From Penicillus capitatus (lineage: Eukaryota; Plantae; Chlorophyta), in the NCBI GenBank assembly GCA_965649825.1, contig OZ287700.1, positions 1,302,001-1,366,000 on the forward strand: a DNA stretch of 64,000 bases. Direction: 5' to 3'. Within the stretch, counting starts at the first letter, position 1. Every line of letters begins with the position of its first letter. This document shows positions 24,276-35,576 of the stretch, in pieces. The notes beneath the pieces are model-generated. The model was not told where the DNA came from and did no database searches. It saw only the letters and a program-made list of their open reading frames with translations. A program made the translations under genes and the position numbers.

Positions 24276-26799
24276 CGCCCCTTGTTACCATGGGTTGACT
24301 GACGTCTGCATGCTTCATGCGTCTCCTCTTCGACTGGCCATGTCGCCGGTTTCCAGCAGCGTCGTGTCTACGTTGTCATCATATCCACCGTCTCCTGTCA
24401 CAGGCGTCGCGTCGCTATTGACGATGGCATGTCGCTCGGCGACGGCTATCTTCTCATCAAACCATCGAGAGCTTCCAGCCCGTCAATATCCGTCCACTGT
24501 TGCTGTAGTCCTGGTCAGGACGGACGACCAATCATCTCGTCCATAGCTACATCGAAACACAGGGTTCTGAAAAATGAACGGCGTCCCTCTGCACTTACCA
24601 TGGTTGTCTGACGGTCGACGGACAACCATCAGGCGCCATACCACGATGCGGTGCCCATTCCATTGTCGTCTTCTGAAATGTCCCTTGTCCATTGCGCCGG
24701 GGACAGTTTGGTACCTGCATGGCTCACACTGGATTCTCTGAGAAGCTCCATCCTTAGCTACCTCTGTCGATTCAGACGTCAACCGTCCCATGCCGCGCGT
24801 CTCCGAGCCCCCCGGCGGTCCAGAGGACAGCCGCACCGGATTCCATTGTCGAGTCCACCACACGCATGACCCACGTTCTGGACAGTTCCGAGTCGATCCT
24901 TTCGGTCGCGGAGGGCGAGTTTTCGTCGACTGGCGACCTGCAAGACGCAAATGAACGTCGGGTAATGTGAAGGAATTGCCCACGAGGGCAGGAGGAGAGA
25001 TTCGACTCACTATCGAAGGCGCACGCGGACGGAGTGCCGAATGGCTGGAGTCGGCTTCCGATCTCTATCCAGCAGATCCTTCTTGGTGGGCGAGTGCGTT
25101 GAAAGGCAGCGGCTTGGACAGCGGTAGACGAAAATTGTCCAGAGAGCGGCGACCGGGAAGCGTTTCTGCTGGAAAAAATAAACGCAGCGAGAAACGTCCA
25201 AAACTCGAAGAAACGAAAGAAGCAATACAATTCAGAAACGCCCAGGGTTTTGACCGCAAATGACAGTCGCAACCGTGTGAGGCAGTTAGTGATGGCGACG
25301 TAATCACCAACGACGAAGCCGCCGAGCAATAAGCAAGCGCTAGACTCGACTGAAACGCTTCCAGCATCCAAATCTCCTGCTGTGGAACAGACTGTGCCGT
25401 TATCCAGTCACATGTGAAGGAATGTTATTTCTCGAGGATCATGCAGAAGTGGCGGTTATGACTGGCACATGAGAGGCTGCATGCAAAATCGAACCGGATA
25501 TCCATTTCTGGCGTTTAGCAAATCATGTTCTAGAAATCACTCTGTACCTATTGCATCTCAGTACTGGTTTGAGACTCGCTGTCATACAAGTATCAAAGAA
25601 ATGTAACCATTTGTGCTCCTTATCTTCGAGTGATCAAAGGGCGAGGTAAGACCCTCTCAAGGATGTCTTCATTAGAATCGCGATCAATCACTTGACAGCA
25701 CGAGTTGTTGATTTCTCATCTGAGCACTCTTCTGATGATACGACAATGGCCAACATAAATTGATTTAGGATGGTATGAATTGGTTATTGGTTTGATGGTG
25801 ATCACCTGGTGTGCACGTCGAAATATTGGCGCGTAGCTCTCTGAAACGATCTGGCGAACTCTCTACCTACTTGGGCGCCGACCTAACCTCTAAAATCCGA
25901 AAGACGGTCTCCTTTAACGATTCTTGCTTTTCGCGGGCCGGAGATTTCCAATGGATCTTCTCTTGACAGTATGTCGTCAGTGGCAGACCGAGACACCTTT
26001 TCCTCTGGCGCTATCTTGGAAAGATCTACATATTGGGGACAATCACACCTATTCATACAGGATCTATATCTGTCGGGTTTTGTGGATATCATCTGCTTTA
26101 GCATAGATGGTCACACCTTCACTTTTATGAACTCGTTGAATTGTATTGGCGGCGACGAGGTCAAGGAACCAGATGTAACTCGAGAGATATCTGTTGAAGC
26201 CGTTTACCTTATGAATTCTCGCAGCCCTTTACATGTGGAGCTGGACAATCTGTGGGTGTTTTGACCTTTACTAGATCTCCACCTCTTGCCACAGCTGGCA
26301 CTCGGCCTTGTCTGCCAACACATACTACTTGCCTGTACGCTAAACACGATACAAACCCTCTAAAAAGACGGCCTGTCTTTCGTGGACCATCCTAAGGGCA
26401 ATGTGGACGTGCGTTTCGGAGCAACGTAAATGTGACCAAACTTGTTCTCGGCCACCTGAGGTTATCGTTTCATGGTCCTTAAATGGTTAGTGATTTTCTG
26501 GGAGATTCAGAGGTCAGACCGGAAGCGTTCTCGTCGCGTCGAGACGCCTTCCACAGCTCCACTGACGACTCTGAAGATCGTTTGGATCAAGGGGATCCGA
26601 ACGGACGTTTCCAAAAACGGCTCAGCCTGTGGCGGCGAGTGGATAGATCGCTCCAGCGGTCACACCGCAGCGATTTGGGTTCCTGTCTCTGCAACGCGTG
26701 GTTGCATGAGATGGAGTCTGACAATGAATGACAGAAATCCAGGCGTCCAGATGGAGTCGTCTGGTCCATCAAATGCGAGTTACGTTCGTGCGGCGTCCA

Positions 26800-29700
26800 A
26801 TGATGCGCAGTCGACTGCCCTGTCGAGTGCGTTGCGCGCTCAGCGTCCGAGTCGCCCCTCGACGTCCAACAGCTCGACGTCGGCTGTCGTCACGAACGCC
26901 GACGCGTGACGGCCGTCCCGTTCACTGCTCAGAAAAGTACGCGTTGCCCTCTGCATTGTGGGGCTTTCGTGAAGAGGCGTGACAGGAAACTCATCTCCGT
27001 CTCCGTTGTCGAGAATGAAGTCGAGAAAAGCAAAGAAGAGAAACCTAGACGTCGATCTGTGAGTCCAAAATCACGGATGAAGGCCGTGGCCGAAAAAGTG
27101 AGCGCGGCAAGGGAACTGGCACGGCGACTTGCAGAAGAGAAAGAAGCAGCTGTCAAGACCGGAAAACAATACAAGTACTCAGATCGATCCCTCATGTTAC
27201 CTGACATTTAACATGTCTCAGTGAACGGATTCTGAAATCCACAGAGGCGGCTGCTACTGAGGCAGCCATACAAGCAGCTGAAGCAGATGCTATGAACAGA
27301 GCTGTAAGGCTGGCAGAAGCGGGAAAAGAAAAGGTCGCTCCACGATTCTGTCGTACACACCTTCGACAGCTGTTTTCAGGACGCCGAGTTGCGTTATTTG
27401 AAAAAGTTCAACAAAGCTTTGAAGGCAATGGTATTGGATGTTGCCGTGGATAAAGATGAAGCAAGGAATAGACTGGATGAACTGCTTCAGGAGTTCAAAT
27501 CCGCCGAACTGGTGACAGAGGTGCATCGTCTGACCGTCGCTATGCCCGAACTGTTTTTTATCATTCTTAAGGAGGAAAGATTGGCAACAGAGGAGGAAGA
27601 AGCAGAAGAAGTGGTAAAAGCAGCGCCAGAAGTGGAAGTCCCCTCGCCACCCGTCCCGGAGGTCAGAATCAAACTGCCAGGCCGTAGTCAGAAGGAATGC
27701 TGTTCAGGTCCCGGTGGAGGAACCTAAGTTGGATACCCTCAAAGTCGCGGCAGATGCTGCTCTGCAGTCGGACACACCTTTCTTCACCGTGCCTTCTGAG
27801 CCACCGATCGGAAAACCTATTCAGTTTCTATACAATCGTCTGGCCGGTCCTTTGCCAGAAACGGATTCTGTTTCTATCAAGTACGGAATCAACAAGTGGG
27901 AGAACATTGGGCATATCAAGATGAAGCGAAGCGAGACGTTAAGTGACATGGCGGGTGAGTGGTGGGAAGCGGATCACGATTTGGAACCCTTGCTCTATCG
28001 ATTCGATTTTGTCATTGTGGATGATGTCTCTGGACTCGTGGATAACAACAACTCCAAGGATTTCTATCTGAAGCTCAAAGGTGTGCTGACAAAAAGTCAG
28101 CTCTTGGAGAAACGTCTGGCGCTCTTCGATGAGATTGAACAGAAACGAAATGCCGAGTTCGAGGCCAAGATTTCTAGACTCAAGTGACACCACTGATTTG
28201 TCGTTTCGGTATCGTTCATGGAAGATTCAAGGTAAGAAGCCGAAACTAAGGCGGAGGAGGCAGGCAATGAGGCTCGAGAATCTGTCGTTGCTGAATGGGA
28301 GGCAGAGCTGACGGAACGCGTTTTAGAGACGATCGGAGATCGAAGAGCTCAGGCCATCAAGGCACTAGGACGAGAGGAAACGATCAAGGGACCACGAGTG
28401 GCCTGGTTTGGAGATCTGACGCCTGGAAGTCGCGTCCTATTGACCTACAACTCGAACGAAGGGCCTCTGAAGAATGCAACTACCATCCGGGTGCATCTGG
28501 GAACAGACAATTGGTACAAGGAGCAAATTGACGTAAGGGATCTGCCAAATTGTGTGATCGAATTGAGGTGTCGAATTCAGATAAGAGAATTGAAAAAACT
28601 GTCGGCGGAAGAGATACAGAAGAACAGAGTGGCAGAGGAATGTGGACCAGGTAACTGGTGGGGCATCCCGATCGACATTCCTGTAGAGATTGCCGTGATG
28701 AATTACGTATTCGACGATGGAAAATCTGCCGAGTGGGACAACAACAATGGACGTGATTACACGACTCCTATCTCTAATCCCTTAACACACGATCAACTCG
28801 TCGAAAAGAAAAAGGACGATGTGCGAAATGAGTTGACGGAAGAAAGGACACAACGCGTCGAGGGAGCCGCCACAGCCGCCAGAGACCGCATTCTCTCACG
28901 CGTAAGGCCGTCGATAAACGTGGTGCATGGCTGATGTGACGTTGATGTAGTTCGATTCGAGATTCCATCGCTGGCGTTCTCAGTGGCAGTACCTCTACAC
29001 CGATCCCATTCGAGTACAGGCTGGACAGTCTGTCGAAATCTGCTATCGCCCGGATCTGACGGTCTTGCGCGGTCGACCGGATGTCTATGTCCGTGTGGGG
29101 TTCAATCATTGGAGGCATCCAACGGGTATCCGTGCTATTAAGTTGGAGCCGATGATTGCCAATAACGTTGGATTTGAGCGTGTTGTTATCGATGTGCCAG
29201 AGGATGCACACGACATGGACTTTATGTTTTCTGACAATCCCGATCTCCACGGCGGTTTTGTCGACAACAACCATGGCTTCAATTATAATTTTCCTGTCCA
29301 TGGCAGCTCCGTTGCCCCACAACCGTTGAAGATCGTTCATGTCACGGTGGAAATGGCGCCGATTGCAAAAGTGGGCGGGTTGGCCGATGTGGTCACGGCA
29401 CTGGGCAGAGCTGTACAAGAAGAAGGGCACAATGTCGAGATCATCATGCCCAAGTATGACTGCATCGACTACGGCCAAGTGGAGAAGCTGGAGAAGCGTC
29501 GCAGCTTTAATTTTGCTGGAAGCCATGTTCAAGTCTGGGCCGATTTTGTGGAAGGACTGAATGTGACGTTTATCGAACCGGACAACGGCATCTTCTGGGT
29601 CGGGTGCATTTATGGAGAGCAAAATGATGGTCAGCGATTTGAATATTTCTGTGGAGCCGCCTCAGAGTATCTCCGCATTTTCAACCTCTCTCCAGACATC

Positions 29701-30153
29701 GTTCACTGTCACGACTGGCAAACGGCTCCCGTGATCTGGAGCGATCTGGCAGGGGCAAGAACCGTGTTCACGATACACAACATGAACTACGGTGTGGAGT
29801 TGATCGGTCGAGCAATGCATGCCACGACGGTTGCTACGACCGTTTCCCCAACCTATGCCACAGAGATCAGCGGGATGCCAGCAGCGGAGTCCAATTTCGC
29901 AAAGCTCTACGGTGTGCTGAACGGCATCGATGTGGACATTTGGGATCCATCTCGAGATCGGTTCTTGCCCATGAACTACAACGCAGAAACGGCCGTCGAA
30001 GGCAAAGCCGCTGTGCGTCAAGAACTCAGAAAGAGACTCAATCTCGCACAGATCGATGTTCCCATTGTGGGTGTCGTCACCCGCCTCACTCCACAGAAAG
30101 GCATCCACTTGATCAAACACGCTGCGTGGAGGACACTCGAACGCGGAGGACAG
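26800..30153 (+). CDS. SS3: Soluble starch synthase III (three CBM53 modules plus GT5), truncated at the 3' end
   Basis: Transit-peptide-like start and three CBM53-like modules. Contains KIVHVTVEMAPIAKVGGLADVV, HCHDWQ, GVLNGID and RLTPQKGIHLIK. Homology stops abruptly at LERGGQ; the C-terminal half of GT1 (EPCGL..AMRYG) is absent. Confidence 0.9.
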
Positions 30154-32060
30154 TACAGAGATCTCTGGGACTTGCCAGGGACGTAGTACGTCGCCCATGG
30201 ATCGGTGGTTCCGATGACGGTGGCACGTGTCTTGCAGGGGTAGCCGATGTACACCACCTGCTCCTTGAGACTGTCAAACACCTGTCGCAGGAAACAGGGG
30301 AACTGCTCATCCGTCGGTTGGTCGCAGAATCGACCTTCTTGGCACCCCCAGGCCAGTTGTAGCTGTCTCCGGACACTTCGATGACAAGACTCTCGCGCTC
30401 ACACTGTCGAGCGTAGCGGTCACACTTCATTTGCATCATGCAGCACTTCAACTGCACAGAAACTGAGTCGCGCGCCGTTGGAACTGCCATCTGACTTGCA
30501 GGACGGTATCGAGTGTCGGGAAACTGGGCGGGAACGGCAGCGAAGGACCTGATGCAATCGATGGTCGAAGTTCACGACATGGTGCTTGACAGTGCGGAAC
30601 CTTTCTGCCAGGGAGATGTCCTTTCGCGAACAGGCCGTGACCACAGGACTGTAGATCCGCAGGAGCACTTAACATCCTGGTAGTTGTTGATCGTCGACGT
30701 GCAGTAGCTCTTCGCTTTGCTCTCTGCACGAAATCACACGTTTCACACGAGAGGTGCTGCTGCGGAGCGCGACGGTGATTCGGGACGAAGATGTGCTGGA
30801 AGCCGTTGTCGAGGAGGGTCTGATCCGGCCAGATCTTTTTCTGTACGCCCTTGAACCTGCCGATCGTCTTCGTGATCCGATAGTAGTTGAAAGGACGGAT
30901 CAGGAGCTTGTTCTCTTGGTCGTTCCACGCCCCCTCGATGTCGACGGAGAAGTCCAGCTTCGACCTGGAAGCCACACGCGTCAGGGAACATGCAACAGAG
31001 ACACTGTCGACGACAGGGTGTCCTTGTAGAGCTTCCTATAGCAGGACTCGTCGTCTGTGACCATGCACTGGTGCGTTTCCGGCAGAAAAGAAGCATCCAT
31101 GCCGGGGAGGACGCACAGGAGATACTCCAATCGGGTCATGGCCGGCTCCTTCTCCAGTTTAACTGGACAGCGATCGCGTCGTCGACAAGAGAAGCAAGAG
31201 AGCACTCGACCTTCGTGCTCCGAGATGGATGCCAGGTCGGACAGCGTGGGTGCATAGAGCTCGTGGTACGCGCAATCCCAATCCACAGTCTGCTTCGTCA
31301 GGTATTCGTAGTACCAGATCCGGGCACTCGAGAAGTAGGACGCCGCCTCCTTTATCGCCTCTTTGTGTTGCTCCTCGATCTTGAGCTTCATCGTGTAGTA
31401 CCAGTTCTTCCACCACTCATACGGACCGTCGTGGTAGTAGATCAGGATGGCGGCGCCAGGGAGAATGAGAGTGAGATTCCTGGGCGCTTTTCCAGACACC
31501 TGCAGCTTCTCCCGGAAACGAAGACGGTCGAGTTCCTGTTCTCTGTGCCGATGAGGTGGATGAATGCCTCGAAGTTGATCAGATTGATCGTTCGGTCTGC
31601 GTTCGTGGGATAGGGGACGGCCGACTGCCCGCATTCCGTTCCGCTGTAGCCCTGCGAGCAGAGCGTGGGACGCAGAAACTCCTTGTAACAGTCCAGAAGC
31701 TCATCGAGACTCCCCTCCAGCAGATGCAGCGTCGGAATGCCTGCGACACCATCGCGGTGAGAGCGAGACGGTGGATCGGAGAGGGATACGGGGAATGATG
31801 GTCCTGCTTCCAAAGAACGTGTTGAAAAGCAGAAAATCGTCCAGACTGCGTTCCGCATCCACCTCTGCGTTCAGACGCTGGAGCTCCTATTCCCAGCAAT
31901 CCCTGAACAGACTAGCACATCAATGGTAAGATCGGTTGACGTCCTCTTCGGAGACGCGCACTTCAAGTACTGGATGACAAAGTCTTCCTCCTTGAGATCG
32001 TCCCGAGTGGTCTGCGCATCTCGCTCTCTACGAGATCACCGCACAGAATCGAAAGCGTGC
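30154..32060 (-). pseudogene. Divergent XRN1-like 5'-3' exoribonuclease fragment, truncated at both ends, with a probable in-frame TAG
   Basis: ERSLDDFLLFNTFFG, PTLHLLEGSLDELL, WYYEYL..YAPTLSDL, EYLLCVLP, DFSVDIEG, FPPSFPTL and VVYIGYP follow the order of XRN conserved blocks; clean introns of about 50 bp. Confidence 0.65.
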
Positions 32061-32481
32061 ATCAGAGAGTACGACGCTCTTACGACAGAGCACCTTCGAA
32101 CTCTGCAGTTTTGTGTACCTTGTTACATAACTTGCTTTTGTGAGGTCTCAGGTTGCAACTTTCGCGTTTTGCGGTTCTTGATCTTTGTGAAGCCCCATGA
32201 CAGCTGGGTGCCAACTCGACATCGTAGGTCTCCGCGATTTTAGAATCTGCACGACCATTGGCAAAACTAAACCAAGGTCGGAATCTTCAATGTCCTATCC
32301 GGACGGATACAGGGCATTAATTCGCAGCTCCGTGGCGGTATTCGCCATTGCATTTCTTGTTTTTGTTTAATCGACTCTGTCGACGACGCAAACCAACATC
32401 GGTCACGCGAAAGAAAGATCCGAGAACCTTTTTCTACGTCCATAAAGAGCGAAGATTGTCCATGAAAACGTGAAGTTCATC

Positions 32482-32685
32482 ATGGCGATTACGTTTGCCT
32501 TGGCAGTCGCGGTCTGCATCACAGGGCGACGGCTTTGTGAGTTTTACTGTACGGATCGGGGCCCGAAAGTGTACGGGGCTAACTATCAAACCTATAAAAA
32601 CCCATGCCTCGCCGCATGTGACAAAGTTGAAATCGGATGCTGTAAGTGGCACAGAGCACTCAAACAAAAGTCGAGAACAACATAG
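32482..32685 (+). CDS. Small secreted Kazal-like cysteine-rich peptide (67 aa)
   Basis: Signal-peptide-like MAITFALAVAVCITG followed by CEFYC-x7-Y-GANYQTYKNP-C-x3-C..CC, which matches Kazal spacing. Confidence 0.7.
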   Translation: MAITFALAVAVCITGRRLCEFYCTDRGPKVYGANYQTYKNPCLAACDKVEIGCCKWHRALKQKSRTT

Positions 32686-32802
32686 AAAGTGACAAAAAAC
32701 TTCAAGCATGGCCTCCAATAAGGCGAAACAACACATTTCGACACTAGAACTACCGGCAAAACATGCGAAGAGATTTGAACGGAAGATGTAAAAACAAACG
32801 CG

Positions 32803-33637
32803 TCAACAACTCGAGTTTTGTGCAATCCGGAGTCGTCCATCTATGACGTCAGCTTCGTAGCGGATAGAGCGCGCTTCATCAATTCTTCCTACGCTTTCCA
32901 GCCCGAGAGCATAACTTCTCATACACGCGACAAGGTCAACATGATCCGCGCCGCCGTGGATGCGCCCGCACATCTCGTAAGCTCTTTTCTTCATCGGCAA
33001 GGCTTCGTCGTGCCTTTGCATGTTCTGTAGTAGTATTGCATAACTATTCATGCAAGCGACGAGGTCCGAATGATCCACGCCGCCGTGGTGGCGCAGATCA
33101 ATCTCGAGAGCCTTCATCCTAATCGGCATTGCTTCGTGGCGTCTCTCCAGTCTTTCGAGTGCAACGGCATAGCGCCTACAACACGCTACAAGGTCCGGAT
33201 GGTCCGCGCCGCCGTGGATTCGCTCGCACAACTCGAGCACTCTTTCAGAGTTGGAGAGATATTCACGGCCGGCGCGGACTATCTTCGTAGGCTTTCGCCA
33301 TGTGTTCGACCAACTTCATCTCCGCGCTGATGTTCTCGCATTTCCTGCAGTGTTCGAGTAGCAACATTCCGTTTAGTGCAAGTAACGTCCAGAGTTCTCC
33401 GTTCGAGACATCGGTTGGGAAGGTACCGACGTATCGGTTGATTGAATCTGTCGAAGCGTCAAGGATATTCGGTTGAACGTCCACAAGGAGGTGTTTCGCA
33501 AGAAATTGCGTCTCGGCGTGAGGGTGAACCGAGTTCTCTTGTCTATTCCATGAGACATGCATTCTACAGCTCGTGCGCTCGCCTTCTTGCGAAGAACTTG
33601 CTTTCGCGGAAACCAGTCCAAAGAAGCCGGACGACAT
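32803..33637 (-). pseudogene. TPR-repeat (kinesin-light-chain-like) gene remnant with frameshift
   Basis: Three ~42-aa repeats IHGGADHPDLVAC..YA..L.. at 32803-33240; frame break near 33260. Confidence 0.7.
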
Positions 33638-33849
33638 CGCAGGCTGGCATCTCCCAAAACTAGAATCTTCAAGACGACCGCGCGGGGAACAATTTCTGTT
33701 CTAAGCCATTCGTATGCCGCCGGAGACAGTTGTATACGTAGTCACCGGAAAGCAGCCACCTCAAAAATTCGATTGTTTCTTCGACTGTTAGACGTGGTCA
33801 GGCTTCCTTCCAATCGTCGTCGGAATTCGTGGTACGAACCATCGGGCAG

Positions 33850-34030
33850 AAAAACATGGGAAGAGACAACGAAGCGATGCTGGTAAAGACGACTGCTTTC
33901 GTGATAATCTGCGCCCCGTGGCGGCGCAGACAATCCGGATCTCGTCGCGTGCTTCGGGCACTATGCCATCGCACTTGAAAGACTGGGAAGAAACATCGAA
34001 GCGAACTCTATCCGCTATGAAGCTGACCAT
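33850..34030 (+). pseudogene. Inverted, frameshifted copy of the terminal TPR units
   Basis: NMGRDNEAMLVKTTAFVIIC/GGADNPDLVACFGHYAIALERLGRNIEANSIRYEAD matches the minus-strand ..GGADHVDLVAC..SIRYEAD. Confidence 0.75.
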
Positions 34031-34640
34031 GGATGGATGACTCAAGGCTCTGCTGCACTACCATCGCTTTATGCTTCGCCGGATAGTACTCAGCGGCGTC
34101 GATCACTCTTTGACTCCAGTTATCGAACTTGGTATACAGCTCGTCGGGTCTGTTTGGATCTCAGCTGCCCCGAGCCGATGTCAAAGAGGATCCTCAGACA
34201 ATGATGCACAATGTGTAGAGTGCTGCATTGCACTGGGAACATCTCTCTCGAGAAACTCATTTTCCGAGGATCGAACGCGTCCATCAGAAGCTGAGAGAGC
34301 TGGAGAAGGCAGTTCGGATCGTCCTCGAAGACTTCGGCGTCGACACACTGAAGCGTATGCTCCACTGCCTCCATCAGATATCTGCTGTGGAGAGTGTCGT
34401 TGCACATCTTGTCGCAAAGGTTGTCGAAGAAGTCCTTGAAAAGAAGGAGATGCTCGTCGCCCGAGCCGTCAAGTCTGCACATGGCAAGGTACTCTTCGAC
34501 CACCGCCCCACGATTGTCCGTCACTTCTCGGACATACATGCCGTGGAAGATGGTGATGACTTTCCGCATCACCCTGGTCAGACATTCCTTCTCTTGTGCA
34601 TCGTCTGCTTCGTTGTATGCCTTCACCACTTCCTCCAGAC
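34030..34640 (-). pseudogene. Helical protein fragment of unknown family, frameshifted
   Basis: 169-aa ORF 34120..34629 continues in another frame (DPNRPDELYTKFDNW..) after an apparent 1-bp insertion, then abuts the inverted TPR piece. Confidence 0.45.
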
Positions 34641-35576
34641 TACAGCCTGTTTCCCGACAAGTGTTTTTGGATGATCGAGCTGTCTGTGAGGGCCATCATA
34701 CGCACGTTAAAAAGTTCAAACGAATTATATAAGAACGGTGTTTTTTATAGAAAGATTTCGCCTTTTAATGATAAACGTCACTTCGTTCTTCCCATCAATC
34801 TTTTCATCCAAATCAACGGCCTCATAGGCGCTTCCCTACTAACTCCTCAATGCACTTGCAGTACTCAACCATCTGTTTTATGATGTGTATTCGAAAAGCA
34901 GCTAATACACCAATACGTACCAGCAGCTCCTTTGCCATTCCTATATGCAGGTGAATCGTTCTGAATCCTTCAATGCCATGTGCTGTACACGATGTCCCCT
35001 ATCATCACTCTTTCTCTTCTTTTTTCGAGCATCATCCAAATCTATCTTTAAAGCATTGTTCTTCTTCTGTAAGGCAGACAGGCGTTCGATTTCTTCTTGT
35101 TATGTTTGAGATCCGGGCTTCGCATTAAACCGTCCTTTGTCGCAGATCCTCACGATGGCTACTTAATGCAGATGCATGGTCGTTGACTGATCAGTAAACG
35201 ATCAGTTTTATCGTTTATGTGATAACGTGATTGTGTTTCTTTGCAGCGTCGCCGATCTTCGAACACCGCTTCACATTTCTTCACTTCCACCTCTTGTAAC
35301 GAAAATGCACTCAAAGTCAGAAGTACTGCAGAGATATCGTAACGAGATGCGGCAGCTGGATGCGAATGGACCGCAGTATCTGCCCTTCATGCCACTGCAG
35401 GTTCTCTCGGGTCTGTTAGGAAGGCCATCTTCGTCATCCTGGTGACATGATCCAACCTACCTGTCACATCAACATTGTGTGTGTCACCACGATGGACGGA
35501 ATACAACCTAGCGCGAACTTGTTCCTTTTACGCCTCATCGTAACGTCCTCAGCTGTTTTGCTCACCGCGCGCCATC

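Noticed and set aside
26220-26300. GDLVKVK resembling an LTR-retrotransposon integrase C-terminus
   Set aside because: Single short motif without RT, RNase H or integrase core motifs or LTRs; too weak to call a mobile element.
31887-31889. TAG-to-Gln reassignment (as in some ulvophytes) to explain the in-frame stop
   Set aside because: PWD, GST and the TM-LRR gene end at TAG, and TOP1 and the LRRs end at TAA, where homology or ORF ends are expected; the standard code fits.
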